Source of the DNA: Takakia lepidozioides
Taxonomy: Eukaryota > Plantae > Bryophyta
Direction of reading: 5' to 3'
Length of the DNA: 64,000 nt
NCBI GenBank assembly: GCA_030704615.1
Contig: CM060734.1
Span: 17,422,001 to 17,486,000, forward strand
Positions 34,300-47,918 of the stretch are shown in pieces. Below the pieces are notes generated by a model. It worked only from the letters and a program-made list of their open reading frames with translations. It searched no databases and was not told where the DNA came from. The position numbers and the translations under genes were made by a program. Within the stretch, counting starts at the first letter, position 1, and the number at the start of each line of letters is the position of its first letter.

Positions 34300-37200
34300 C
34301 TAAACCGTGGACTCTGCTGCACCCACATGCGTGTGGTGTGAACGAGCACCTGGACTTCCCGAAGAATTGGGTGAAGATCCGATAGTGGAATCCACATCGC
34401 TGGTGGCATTTTGCTTCATGCTCACCACCACCACTACCAGAGCTACGCTCAAAATGGCCGTCCTCTCCTTCTGGAACCCTCCACTGGACCTCGAATCATC
34501 CTCACCATCACTCTCCGATGCTGATTCTAACACATAAGGTCTAGGCCTTCTAGCCCTTCTAGACATCTTTGCCTCTTTTTTTCTATCCTTATATGCAGCC
34601 AAAACACGCTGCACTTTACTTGGCTTAGGGTGTCGTCTGATAGAGATCCGTGCAAGCTTGTCTGCGTAAGATGGCAAGTCAAATGACTTAACTGGACTAG
34701 AGAAGAAATCATTTTGAGCATAGAAGGCTTATTGACACCCCTGCGACGACGGGAAAGGGGTTCCTGCTCTATAGCATCATCAGTCCTGCAGAAGGAATGT
34801 TATTACTAGAGTGAATGGAATGTGCAGGATTCAGCAAAAGGAAATGATGGGGAGGGACCCCCAAGCACTACAGAGGGACTTACTATGTGGAACTCATTGG
34901 AAATCCCCAAATGTTGGACACTTTTGTTTGGGAACAACACGTTGCTGCTTCTTTGGTTTCACAAAGACCCTCCTCTGACTCGGATGAGGTCTTCATGACT
35001 TCAGGTTTGTTCTTGGAAGACATGCGTTGGAGCCCATCCAGAAGAGACTTCTAGACCTCTATGTCCTCCTCAAAAGCAAAAACATGCCTTTGGGTGTCTC
35101 GACCTGCCCACACGGAGGCCCCTACAAATGGAAACAAGCACAGTGTCGAGGATGCGTAAGGTATAAACCTGTGCAAAGCAAAAGGGCAGAACAAGTATAA
35201 CGGCACAGTTATACCCAACGAGAGGTCTGGCATCTATTCAATGGGAACAGGAACAAAATTGGAAATGCAAAAGCTCATGGAATAACTGTGCAGTTATACA
35301 TGTCTTGGGATCAATGAATACCTATTCCCCCTGTCAAATCAAGGACCCTTCCCCCCACGTCTGTGCATATCACCATAAGTGTTTGGATAAACGCATGCTT
35401 CTTGTCCTGCCATAACAGAGTGGAACGCCTTCGTTGTCGCCTGGTAGGCTGCTGTGCAAAACACAGTTGAAGAGAACGTCATACTCCACGGGGTTGACAA
35501 TGAGGTTGCCAAGGCATCCATCGCGCCTAAACTGAAAGGATGAATTCTTCTTCACGAGCACATTGCACAGTGTCTCCACCAAACACCACAAACCCGGAGG
35601 AGATAGGGCATGATAAATGGGTATTTTGTAGGGGGGTATTATTTTTACTTTGGATATTTTTTATTACCCTATAATTACATAATTTTGTAATATAAACAAA
35701 TATTAGGCGTCCTATATTAATAATACAATAAAAGATTATTTTTTACAAGACAAATGAATATATTATTTGGTTGAAATAAATTCATTTAAAGCATTCGCAT
35801 CATCCGTATTAAAGTATAAACGTTTTGCGCTCTATCGAAAATCATAGTGACTGAACTAATAATTGAATCTACATCTACCCACATGTTGTCGATATAATCA
35901 TATTTGAATTTAAATTGTCCAGACATAACTGATGTGGTTGGTCTATTTAGGAGATCCATAGGCTGTCGTGATATCCTCCACCTGCTCCTTGCCTTCCTTC
36001 TAATTTTTTGAATCCTACCTAGCCACTATTTTTTCATAAGTATTAAGTTTTCCCCTAAGAATATGTATATATTTTTAGAATTTTTCATAAATATTTATCT
36101 CAACCCTATATATATTTTTTAAATCAGATATTGTTTTATACCTTATATAATTTAAATTCACTGATCACAATATAATGTACCGTTTATTATTTTTAAATGT
36201 TTTTCTAATTTTATCTTTTGTGAATAAATTGCACTCTATATTTTTTTGCACGTCGGTTGGAAATTTTTGAAAGTGACCTTCACAGGACCTCAGATAGGCG
36301 AGATCAATCAGAGAGAACAGGCGAGTCGAATATGAATAGAGAATAGCAAATGAGTGCGGAGGGAGTGATTCTTACCTTTCTTAATCCAACTGTGTTCATA
36401 TAGGGCCATGTTCTCTTCAGCACTGGTGTGGTGGTGCTCTCCGTAGTCCAGGTGGCCACCATGGTGTCCGTTGCTTCGGTGGTGCAATGACAACTATGGA
36501 CCCATTATTGTCGAGAATAGTCCCGCAGAGACCAAAAGAGTGGCTGCGGACTCCCTCGTCAGGCATATTCCAGGAGGGGACATCCTGCATTCCACTGGGG
36601 ACTTCTCCATCCGGAATATCCACCAAAACCATATCGACAGCAGACTGCATCTCCCTCCCTTTCATAGGACTGGTTATTCCCTGGCTGGCCTGTGCAAAAA
36701 CTCTATCATTGCATTCCATCCGAGAGAGTCTGCCACCTGAGGCAATGTTGCTTTCTGTTTGCCCTTAGACTTCCCTGCGGCTGCCGCTTTTTGAGCCAAC
36801 GCTTGCTTCGCTCGCTTGTCGAGGACGCTGACGAACGACTCATTGTAGCACTAGATGAGGGATGGAGGATCTGGAACATCTCGCTCGGGTGTGACAACTA
36901 CGGAGAACGGGTGCCCAAGACTTGCATCAAAAGCTAGCTTCCTGTGGGATCCATGAGACCTCTCATTTGTTGGCACTTTGGCTTGCATCGCGTCACCCAT
37001 GGCCTCTGCCACGTCTTGATCACCCCCTTCCTCTTCCTGCCTCCCACCTCCCTTCTTCTTTGTTGGTGTTGGTGTCTTTTGCGCGTCTTTCTTGGTTCTG
37101 GTTCTTTTCTTCACACCTTTAGTCTGCTCGGCCATCGTCTCTTTGATCGCTACAGCAACTTTGCTGGACTTAGCAAGGGCTTTCTCCTGTGACCGAGAAG

Positions 37201-38056
37201 CCCCCCCCCTCGCTGGATTTGCCTTTATTCTCTCCAATGCATCTGACTTCAGTTGCATCTCTTTTGCAATGCAGGTAGGTCTATGTACCAGGGGTAATGT
37301 ACGAGGTGTTCCGGATGTCAGTCCTTCAAAATGTCCTTGCAGTACATTGACTAATCTTCCCTTGGCGTCCGCCATGCCAAAAAAAAAGGTGGCTCTCTTG
37401 GTATGGCTCCATTGGGAAGCAGCTCAAACCGAATGTAGCTGAACATGCAACAGGAGGCACATCAGCAAGCCACCACTGAAGCTCCCCTATTTGTGCCTAT
37501 AACTGCACCGTTATAGTTCGTGCCAACATCAAACAGCATCCTCCCGAAGGCTACTCACAGGCATGGAAGCCTACCAAAACGCAGCAATAACGACACCGTT
37601 ATTGCCTGAATAGGTGCGGACATGGAAGGAATGGGTGCGGTAAACTAGCCCGGGCAATAACGGCACCGTTATTTCCATCTGCGATACCGGAGGTGGTTGT
37701 GTACTTCCTTGTTCAACATCCTGCACCCACCCCACCAGCACAGACCTGTGAAACAATTAAATACAGAGAAAACAAGTCTGCTTAAACTTCTACGCGAGAG
37801 ATGCAAGAGATACTCGCGAGAAACAGACCTACGCTGTCATACATGAGCTCTGCTGTTCTGTCGTGCACATATATTTGGTTGTTGAGATTCTCACCTGAGG
37901 CTGAACGATGGTGAGCTCTTCAGCAGCCGCGACGGTCTCCACAAGGCGCTCCATTCGTTGCGGACGCTTCGGCCCCTTCCGTAGTACAGCTTCTTCAGGT
38001 GTCGTCTCTTCTGTCTTACTGCAGGGAGGGACCCGTCCTGCGGATGGCTATTCTGC
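34300..38056 (-). pseudogene. ParB-MTase gene remnant of element C (ParB region deleted)
   Basis: LPSYADKLARISIRR tail; ASVWAGRDTQRHVFAFEED; FRRDGCL..NPVEYDVLFN; AVDMVLVDIPDG (DIPDG at 36606-36620); first exon RRHLKKLYYGR; AT-rich insertion about 35610-36280. Confidence 0.8.
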
Positions 38057-38246
38057 ATGAAGTTGGAAGCACGGCAAATAACGCGAGAGAGCGATCTGCA
38101 CAAGAATGGGGACGTCAGCGCTCGTGAATGGGGATTGAACAAGTGCAATGTACACTATAGCAGTATCAAAATAGCAAAGGCACGGGGCACTCGAATATTG
38201 GCCGCCACCAACCATGCAACATATCCGTCAACCTGTCTATTGGGAT

Positions 38247-39595
38247 CCAAGAACGGCGCAGTTAATGCTTCCATAGTCATGTCATCCATAAACGGTCACT
38301 CTATGATTATGAAGGAGGATGAAGGAATTGAGTATTCAAATAATCCGTCCTTTATTCATCGAATAATTGCGCTTATAATGCTAGTCAGGGATGGATGGAC
38401 ATCTGGACTATTCCTTGTCCATCCAATAACTGCGCAGTTATTGGATGAGCACGAGGATGAACGTCAGCTGTATTCAAATGCTCCATCCTCCACCAACAAG
38501 TTCTCATCCAATAACTGCGCAGTTATTGCTTGTCAGGGAAGGATGATCTTCTGGCCCAACCCCCGTTCATCCAATAACTACGCAGTTATTGGATGATGCA
38601 TGAGGATGAACGCGACCCCATCCAAGTTATCCGTCATGTTTTCATCCGATAACTGCGCAGTTATTGGATGAGCACGAGGATGAATGTGAGCCCTATTCAA
38701 ATGCTCCATCTGCAAGTTCTCATCCAATAACTGCGCAGTTATTGGATGATGCATGAGGATGAACGCGACCCCATCCAAGTTATCTGTCCAATACCACTAT
38801 GTTTTCATCCAATAACTCCGCAGTTATTGGATGAGCATGAGGATGAATGTGAGCCCTATTGAAATGCTCCATCCTCCACCTGCAAGTTCTCATCCAATAA
38901 CTGCGCAGTTATTGCTTGTCAGGGAAGGATGATCTTATGGCCCAACCCTCGTTCATCCAATTATTGCGCAGTTTTGGATTATGCATGAGGATGAACGTGA
39001 CCCTGCAAGTTATTCGTCACACACCTGTCCATTTTCATCCAATAACTGCGCAGTTATTGGATGATGCATGAGGATGAACGTGACCCCATCCTCGTTATCC
39101 GTCCAACACCTGCCCATTTTCATCCAATAACAGCGCAGTTATTGCTTGCAAGGGATGGATGATGCTCTAGCCAAGTTCCCGTTCATCCAATAACTGCGCG
39201 AGACCTTCGAACTTATTCTTCTTTCAACTTTCTCTGTTCATCCAATAACTGCGCCGTTATTGGATGAGCATCAGGATGAATGTGAGTCCTATTCGAGTGG
39301 TCCATCCTTCAGTTGTCATTCTACATCCAATAACCAAATAGTGACTGCTTCCCAAGGATGGATGAGTATATGCAATAGCCCTTGTACATCCAGTAACTGC
39401 GCCGTTATTGGATGATCTTTTTGGATGAAAGTCAGCAGGATCGAATTGGCAGATAATCAGTTGTCCCTCATTCATCCAATAACGGCGCAGTTATTTAATG
39501 CCAAGGATGGTTAAAGCTCCATGATACTCGATGTGCATTCCAATAGACAGTCTGTCCGTGCTCATGTTCATCCAATAACGGCGCAGTTAATGCTT
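38247..39595. repeat. Array of about 18 C-type palindromes (AT)CCAATAACTGCGCAGTTATTGG(AT)
   Basis: Starts at 38423, 38508, 38571, 38646, 38724, 38809, 38894, 38957, 39039, 39124, 39187, 39242, 39327, 39390, 39476, 39572 plus degenerate copies. Confidence 0.95.
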
Positions 39596-40399
39596 GGCAG
39601 AGTTGGAAGGGCCTTTGACACATCTGTGCTTTTCACGGCGCCTAGAATACTGGCCCCCATTCCGATGACACATTTTACACACTGAACCCTTCTCTGAACA
39701 TCGAAATATGAGACAAAAAAGGTTTTCGATTATCCGTAGTTGTAGCTGTACGACGACGTGGGCACTGCTGCGCTGGCTGCTGTTGTGGCTATTATCGCTT
39801 GATCCTCCACCAGTTCTTCCATGACATATGGGGATTAATGTTATTCGACATCGAAATGAAGCCGTGTCAACATTCATTCGGCAAGGCCTATAACGGCGCC
39901 GTTATAGGCAACAAGCCCCCGTTCCAATGAAACATTTTACACCATTAACCTTTTTTGTGGCGGCGTCTTAAGAAGTGATGGTACTGGATGATTTATACTG
40001 GCTTATTGGAGTTGTTCATTCAATACCTATTAAGTTATTTAAAGCCTTAACTGCACGGACCTCTTTCCAGATAGTTCATCCGACCTGGTCCGGACCGTTG
40101 CTATGCGGATATTGTTATATTCGCTACCTGCATGAATATAACCGTGGAACGGGATTCAACTTAATAATACTCATCCACTAAGTGTGTGGGTATTCATACG
40201 ATGAACGTTGCCCATTAAGAAGATTGTCAGAGGAATATTGCAGATATCTTTCTTATCATAGTCGGATCGATAAAAACATTACTGTCAATTCGTGTTCTGC
40301 AACGAGCCTCTCGACACCTAGCTCCGTGAACCATATCCTCTTCCCTCAGCTGATATCACTGAATGCACTCATATGAGACTTGTGCCGTGACCTGTAATT

Positions 40400-42269
40400 G
40401 CTTTTTCTTGCGGATTTCCACGTCGTCTTCCAATTCTGCTATCGTCTGTTGCCCACCCCACACGGCCAGACACAAGTTCCTGCAGTGGGCGGAGTGTATT
40501 TGATGAAAGAGAGTTATCTCTGTAATCGTTTCGGACTCCATTTAGGGAAAGTCTTCTTGGAAGAAGAGAGGAGGAATTCGGATGGGCAAGTTCACGAATT
40601 TTTGGTCATGTTGTCGCAAGACAATGGCAATGGGATTGAATGGGTCGTTCCTCCGTCAGACACTATGTCGTATCGAGCTGTTGGGGAGAATTTGTTATTC
40701 TCAAAAGGAATGTCATTTCATACTCTGTCTACAAAGGAGTCGGCAACTTGTGGGGCTCGCAATGTCAAGCAAGAGGACCCGAATTCAAAGACGAAACACC
40801 CAACATCCGCGTCGCCATGCCATCCTCGGAAGACAGAGGTTCACATCTTGTCAGATGATGAAGACGACGACGATTGCATGGAGGTCCCCTCGAATGCCTC
40901 CAAGGCATCGGGGAGTGCCATGGATATGTCCGTCGAAGGGATGCATGTCCCGTCGAAGGGGACTCCTCCGCTCTTAGTTATCGATATTCTTCGAGGGATG
41001 TTTGCTGACGGATCCCGGTCTGATCTGGCTCTCCTCGACTACGACAACACTCAGATCAACAATGTTGTGGTGTGGGTACGACTTCATCCATGGGAGTCGA
41101 TTTCTAGGTCAAGGTTCGGAGCTAGACAGATGCTACATCTTCAAGATGTCTACATGTGGTCCTGGCAGTGACGTGGACTTGGTTCACCGCATGACGTCGG
41201 GGGACCTGTCTCATTGTTGGGTCATGTTCGACCACATCAAATGCATAACGGGCCACGCCTGGGTCATAATGGCAGCCCATGTTTATGAGCCATATTGCAG
41301 GAAACTAATGACTATAGCGATCTGTGAATTGAAGGGGTCAGAGGTCATATTATGGGAGTCTATCAACAAGCGCCGATTCCGGTAATTCAGGAACTACATG
41401 CGACAGGTCTAGTCCTACAAGACTACAAGCAGTAGTTACTGTTCTTCTCTTACACATGAAGTGTTACGTTCCTCCATTCCCTCACATATGTGCTCTTATG
41501 TGTTGCAGGATATGACTATTGATTCCGACACAATATGCCAACAACTAACATGGCGGAGTCCGTGCACTCCTCCTGGCATGCGTCATCCGCTGCTCACTTG
41601 GTTGACCTGCTGACAGCGACTACAGAAGACATCATCAGGTCCATCCAGCAGCAATCTGCCTATTATCAGTTCCAAAATGGAAAACAATGGGGCATCGGAC
41701 CGGATAGGGAAGAGTTGTTGGCAGACACGGCTAGGGCCGCTCAAAGGACCCTGTAAAATGTGCAAAAGCAGTAAAAACAACAATTAAGGGGACTCCGCTT
41801 CATCGTAGAGGGGAGTTTCTGGAGGGGGATGTGCGCACTCGCCCAGTTTGACGAAGAATTAACGAGCAGTCTGAAGGAGAGGAAGATTCCTGGTGAGCGG
41901 ATGTCAACATTCGCACAAGGGCTTGTGGTCCGTCCCTATTGCCAAAGACAACCCCTCCGAGTTTGAGTCCAATTGGGTCGCACACTTCATCCGGTGGCTC
42001 TAGCAACGGGCATAGTGAGGAAAGTTTGTCTCCCCTGATTCCTGAGCACTCCCCTGTGGTCACCCAGCATGGCATTCCCGTTGTTGAATGGGACGTGCCT
42101 CGCTCTCAGCGGAGAATTAGCAGGACCCACTCATCCTTCGGGGGAAGGTGTTGTGCTATACTAGTTGATACTAAGGAAAGATGCAATGAGATGATTCGTT
42201 GCAATCCCTTGGGAGCAGTTCCAGCGCCAATGTACACATGAAGGTTTGTTCACTCGAAGTTTGACGATG
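40400..42269 (+). pseudogene. MULE transposase remnant of element C
   Basis: N-domain ESYLCNRFGL..EWVVPPSDTMSYRAVG; CYIFKMSTCGPGS, WVMFDHIK, TNMAESVHSSW; GCM region deleted near 41065, second deletion near 41370; truncated at 42269. Confidence 0.88.
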
Positions 42270-44060
42270 TGTAGTGTGAATGCAGGGGAGTGACATTAAA
42301 TTTTTGTTTTACCCACTGAGATTCTGCATTGCTACAAAGGAAGGGCCCTGGTACCAATGTGAAAATAGGTTGAGTTGTCCCTGCAATTTATTCCATCCAT
42401 GTTTCTTGGTTACATCATGGGAACGATGGGGGACTATTGGCCAGGATGAAGATGCTCAAATTATTTCATACATGCTATGGGCGGAATTCATCCCTGCCTA
42501 TAGGTTATTTCATGGGCACACTATGCTGATACTTTGCCAGGATGAAAGTGGCTAAGTCGTGACCAGGCGTATTTTCATCCGGAGGATGAATGGGATTACA
42601 TCCATGCTCTCTGGATGACTCCCAGGAACGAGGACGAAGGATCCAGTGCCAAGGATGCAATGAATTTGTAATTAACTCTGTTAATGAAACCTAGCACGTT
42701 TTCCGTTCGTGAAAATGGATGACTTTCATCACTGGTGATTACCCTAGGAACGCGGGACGAGGAAGACGAAGGGGAAGATGACGGGCGCTCTGAGCAGATG
42801 CTGCGAACAGTGGAATTGGCAGGGCATTGTGTCAAGGGCGATTGCATCTACACTGGGGCATTCTGGCTTGCATTAAGAGAAGTGTTAATGTAGAGTATAA
42901 GGGCACAACTTGGTAATCTGTGCAGCAGGGGAAGCGGTGCCGCCATCTTCTTGGTAATGATCAATTTTTGGAGGATATGCTTACAGGGAGATCGGTGTGG
43001 CATGCGATGGAGCAATCAGTTAACAGGTGGTGCAGTCGCTGCTATGGTGAATGGGTAGCTTAGGGCTTGTTGGAGGATAATCATGCAGGGAACAGCTTGG
43101 AAGAGTTGTGCTCAAGCCAAGTGAAGGGAGGCGGTGCTGTCACGAATCTTGTGCAACCACCAGAGCCGCCATTGCCTTGATGAGCATGATCATGGGAGGA
43201 TGAGCATGCAAGGGAAACGGCTAGCTGCCAGAGAACAGGGAGGTGGAGTTGCTGGCACAATCAATGGAGAGTTAGGATGAAGAGCAGCTCGACATAACGA
43301 GCATCTGCCAGAGCGAATGAGGGATTGGCTTGTGGATGGTGACTCAGGTTATCTGTAAATAAAGAGGTAAAGAGTGGAATGTAAAGATGCAGGAAGCTTT
43401 CAGATGATCACTGTCTTCTTGTTATAAGATCATATCAGATCTTAGGATAGATTTGCTTAGATAGTGAGATAGGGTAGTTAGTTGGCAGGCTACAGGGGTG
43501 TTGCCATAGGCTGAAGCAGGGCCGTCATGACTTAATGAACGCTGGAATCGTCAAATCCAGACGACAAGAGGAGTTAAGGTAGCTGCTGACGGAGATGGTG
43601 AGGTGCCATTTTGGGCAGGCAGACCCACCGCTTCACCTGGAGTATAAGACAGATAAGTTTGTAGACACGAGGCTTCTTCTTTTTGGCACTTAGGAATCGT
43701 TGTTATGAAATTTTGGTAGAGACTCTCAAACTGAGAGCGTGATGAGGACAGGAAAAAGACTTTGAGAAATGGAATGGGGACTCTGGACTTCAAACCAGGA
43801 TGGGGTGGAGATGAATGGATCTGATGCACATGTCTGTAGGAGTGTTGATTGAGGGCAGATGTAGTTCACCCACAATGACAGAATGCTTGCTGTTTGTTTT
43901 GTTTCTGTTCCTTTGGCTTCAGTATCATGAATCTGCATACAATGCGGCTCTGGGATTTTGATGATTAGATGTAATGCAATCCAGTGTAGTTGATGTGAGC
44001 ACTAGTGAGGGTTAGCTGTAACCTCTTTGAAATCAGAAAGAGGAAGAGATGGATGGGGCT
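42270..44060 (+). repeat. LTR-like sequence starting TGTAGTGTGAATGCAGGGG
   Basis: Diverged inverted partner at about 44530-45841, ending CCCCTGCATTCACACTACA. Confidence 0.7.
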
Positions 44061-44529
44061 ACAAACTGACACTGATGTGGAGTTTAGAACTGGTTCAGAG
44101 TGGACTCAGCATTTGAACTCTGTGGTTCAAATCTGAAAGGGCAAAAGTGAGCTATTGGGGTGTTTAGATGCAGATCTGTAGAAGGGTTGGGAACTGATTG
44201 ACAAACTAGGTTGTCCCTGGAGGCAAACAGTGTGAAGGGTCTGTTTTGGGTGAGAGAAAGACTGATGGAAGAGCTGATCATGTCTTGTGTGACCAAGGTT
44301 TGATTCCAAGGCTGGATTCACTGGATACATGGCTGAATGTGTTTGCATTGTATGTAGATAGGCTGTTGATTGGAAGAAAATGAGCCGGGGAATTTTACAG
44401 CAGGAAGGAGAGAGAAAAGGTTTGGGAAGGGAGAGAGCTGCTCAGTAAAAGGGGTAATGAGGGATGGTCAACTGGGAGATAGAGGAAAAACCATGACATC
44501 TGCAGAGAATCACTAGGCATGTAATTCAT

Positions 44530-45841
44530 GGCAGATCTGAGTTGCCTTCCTCTTAGCAGTGATTTCATTACAAAAGGGGAACCCTCACTGGTGTTTTCAA
44601 TCAGCCAAGCTAGGTCTACATTGGTTCCAGTGTGTCAATACCCAGGGTAGCATTGTGTGCAGGTTCATAACACTGAAACAAGAACAAGAATGAAGACAAA
44701 CAGTGACCATTCTGATTCAGTGACAAGCAGTCTCTCCCCCACTCATTTCTCCTACTGACACTATAACATCAGGTGCATCCATCCTTTCCCTATCCTGGTT
44801 TGAAGTCCAGAGTCTCCATTCCATTTTCAAAACCTTTTTCCTCCATCACATATCTCTACCTCCTTCTCCTCTACCAAGAGCCAGTCCTAAATCCACACCA
44901 AAACAATTTCTAAGTCACCACCCCCAAAAACCGAAGCCCATAGTCTACGAACTTATCTGTTTTATCCTCCAGCGAAGCGGTGGATCTGCTTGCCAAGATG
45001 GCACCTCACCATCGCCTATCAGCAGCCACTTCATCCTATTCTCCTTGTCTTGATTCCAATATTTATCATGCCATGATGGCTCCTCTTCATCCTATGGAAC
45101 ATCCTGTGGCTTGCCAACTAAATACTCTATCCTTCTATGCGTGCAATTCTTCCCTAAGAATTGACATGGTCCTATAGTAAGAAGACACAAAAGCAGCTAT
45201 AAGCTTTGATTACAGATAACCTGAGTTGCCATCCAGCCAGCACTTCACATGCCTCATCCCCTCCATTGATTGTGCCCACAACTCACTTCCTTGTGCTTCC
45301 GGCAGCTGGCCGTTTTCCTTGCTTGCTCATCTGCCCATAACTGTTTTCTTCAAGGCAATGGCGACAGCGGTGGTGCGCCGCTCTTCTTACATGCTCCTAC
45401 TCCAAGAATTGATCATCACTACGAGAAAAGCGGCACCGCTTCCCTTTACACAGAATACCAAGCAGAAGCACTTAATGCCGCTCTCTAAACCAAGCAGAGT
45501 CACATAGCGTAGGTACAACCTCCCAAAAATAGACTGCCCTGCCAACCCCACTGCTCGCAGCAGCTGCTAAGAGTTGCCCGTCATCTTCCTCTTCGTTTTC
45601 CTCAACCCGCGTTTCTAGGTTAAACACCTGGGATGAAAACATTCATCCTACGGATGAAAATATGCATGGTCATGACTTAGCCATTTTTATCCTGGCAAAG
45701 CATAAGCACAGTATGCCCATGAAATTACCTGTATGCAGGGATATATCCCTCCTGCAGTTGTACCCGGGCACTCCCGTTGTAGTGATGCAGGTCTTAACGG
45801 TAAAACAAAATGTAATGTCACTCCCCTGCATTCACACTACA
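44530..45841 (-). repeat. Inverted, diverged second copy of the LTR-like sequence
   Basis: Colinear reverse-complement blocks (for example 43600-43670 vs 44940-45012, and 43765-43800 vs 44793-44828). Confidence 0.7.
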
Positions 45842-47918
45842 GTAGATCCAAAGAAAGTGGAGGTTATCCAGAACAAGAAACTCAAGAGATTTCTGGGACA
45901 GACGAGCTATTACAGAAGGTACATGGACAAATATGCTCACAGAGCAGCACTAGTCTATAGACTGCTGAAGCAAGATGCCGAATATCGATGGTCTCCAGCT
46001 TGTTAGGAATCATTTGATTTACTAAAAAGGGCACTCACAGCAGCACCAATTCTGATAAATCCAAGATGGGATTTACCATTTCATGTACACAGTGATGCAT
46101 CAAGCATTGCTTTGGGAGCGGTTCTAGCTCAAAATGTGACAAGCACAATAGATTCACCAATCTATTATGCAAGCAGATTGTTGACAGCAGCAGAAAAGAA
46201 TTATAGCACCACAGAAAGGGAGGCATTGGCAATGATTTATGTTGTTCAAAAATTTCGGCATTATTTACTTGGCAATCGCTTTAAGTTTATTGTTGATCAT
46301 CAGGCTCTAGTTCATTTAGCAAATCGACCACTAGCTAGTGGCAGGGTTGCTCGATGGTTATTACTTCTTCATGAGTATGACTTTGAAGTTGTTCATAAAC
46401 CAGGAATATTACATGTTACAGCAGATCATCTGTCAAGAATTACTACAGGAGAACCAACCACAGGGGTAGAGGATCAACTCCCCGATGCATTTCTGTTTAC
46501 TGTTCAACCAGAAGCACCAGATGAAGAGACAGATCCTATAGATGCTCTGGGAACGTTTCAAGGAGACTATGACCTTCCAGATGCTCTTAAACTCATGGAT
46601 GACACTGATGAAAAAGAGGATTCATCAGATGAAGATGAACCTCTTGATGAAGGACTTATTATTGAAGAAGAGAGCCAGATCCACAAGAAGAAGATGACAA
46701 GGAAAACGAAGAAACAGACAATCAAAAATTGGCCAATATCAGTATTGGAGCTTATACAGTCACCAAAGAAGAATCAGAAGATATTCAAGATCAAGATCAA
46801 GATGATTGGCAATGGCCAATCAAATACTATCTGAACACAAGGAAATTTCCTGAAGGTTACACCAAAGATGAAAGGAGGAAGCTTTCAATGAAAAGCAAGC
46901 CATACACATTAATCAAAGGGATTTTGTACAAAAGAGGAATTGACTCCATAATGAGAAGATGTGTAAATAAAGACCAAACCAAAACAGTAATGTAAGAACT
47001 ACACGAAGGAATTGCAGGTGGACACTTCAGTTCGGACCTGACAGCAAAGAAAATATTACTAGCAGGCTACTGGTGGCCTACTATATTTGGAGATACTTAT
47101 GAACACTGTCAACAGTGTGAAGTCTACCAGAGGATGGGACCAGTAGAACAAACGGGGAAGGGGACTCTACACCCAATACTACCAACAGAACCATTTCAGC
47201 GCTGGGGGCTAGACTTCGTGGGACCCATTAAAACTCCAGCAAGGTACACACAAAACCAATACATCCTCACAGCCACTGACTACACTACCAAATGGGTAGA
47301 GGCCAAGGCACTAAGAGACAACACTGCCAGATCAATAGCCAAATTCTTATATGAAAACATCATCACACGATTTGGTTGTCCACTGGAATTTGTGAGTGAT
47401 CAGGGATCACACTTCATAAATGATGCTATAAAATGCTTGACGGAGGAGTTCATGATTGTACATCACAAGAGTACTGCTTACTATCCTCAAGGAAATGGTC
47501 AGGCTGAATCTACCAACAAAATATTATGCACTATCTTAACCAAGATAGTAAATGCCAATCGTACAGATTGGGACACCAAATTGAACACAGCACTATGGGC
47601 ATTCAGGACATCATACAAGGTGACCACGAAGCATACACCATTTCAACTGGTGTATGGAGCAAAGGCACTATTACCCATTGAATGTATGATACCCACACTA
47701 CGAACCGGAACTCATGAACGATGGGGCTTAGAAGAATCATTACGAGTCAGGGAATATGAATTAATCCATCTGGAAGAAGTTCGAGCAGATGCCGTAGATA
47801 ATATGGCACGGATTCAGGAACAACGAAGGAAAAGAATATCCAAAGGGAAAGAGAAATCTTTCCAGGACGGGGATATTGTATTATGGTTACCAAAAATCAA
47901 GAAGATCAAACTGGACAA
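45842..47918 (+). pseudogene. Ty3/gypsy pol: RT end, RNase H, acidic linker, integrase
   Basis: VDPKKV, RFLGQTSYYRR, HSDAS, YSTTEREALA; HEGIAGGHF..CQQC; WGLDFVGP, FVSDQGSHF, GQAESTNK; stops and frameshifts. Confidence 0.93.

Larger units (their letters stand above)
33965..42269. mobile_element. Mutator-like element C (third family; internally deleted, right end lost)
   Basis: Same divergent layout of MTase gene (-), palindrome array and transposase (+); candidate left end GGGGGCTG at 33965 matches the first 8 nt of A and B; no TSD verifiable. Confidence 0.75.

Noticed and set aside
42270-45841. CACTA transposon termini
   Set aside because: CACTA/TAGTG are in the wrong orientation relative to the repeated sequence, and there is no 3-bp TSD.
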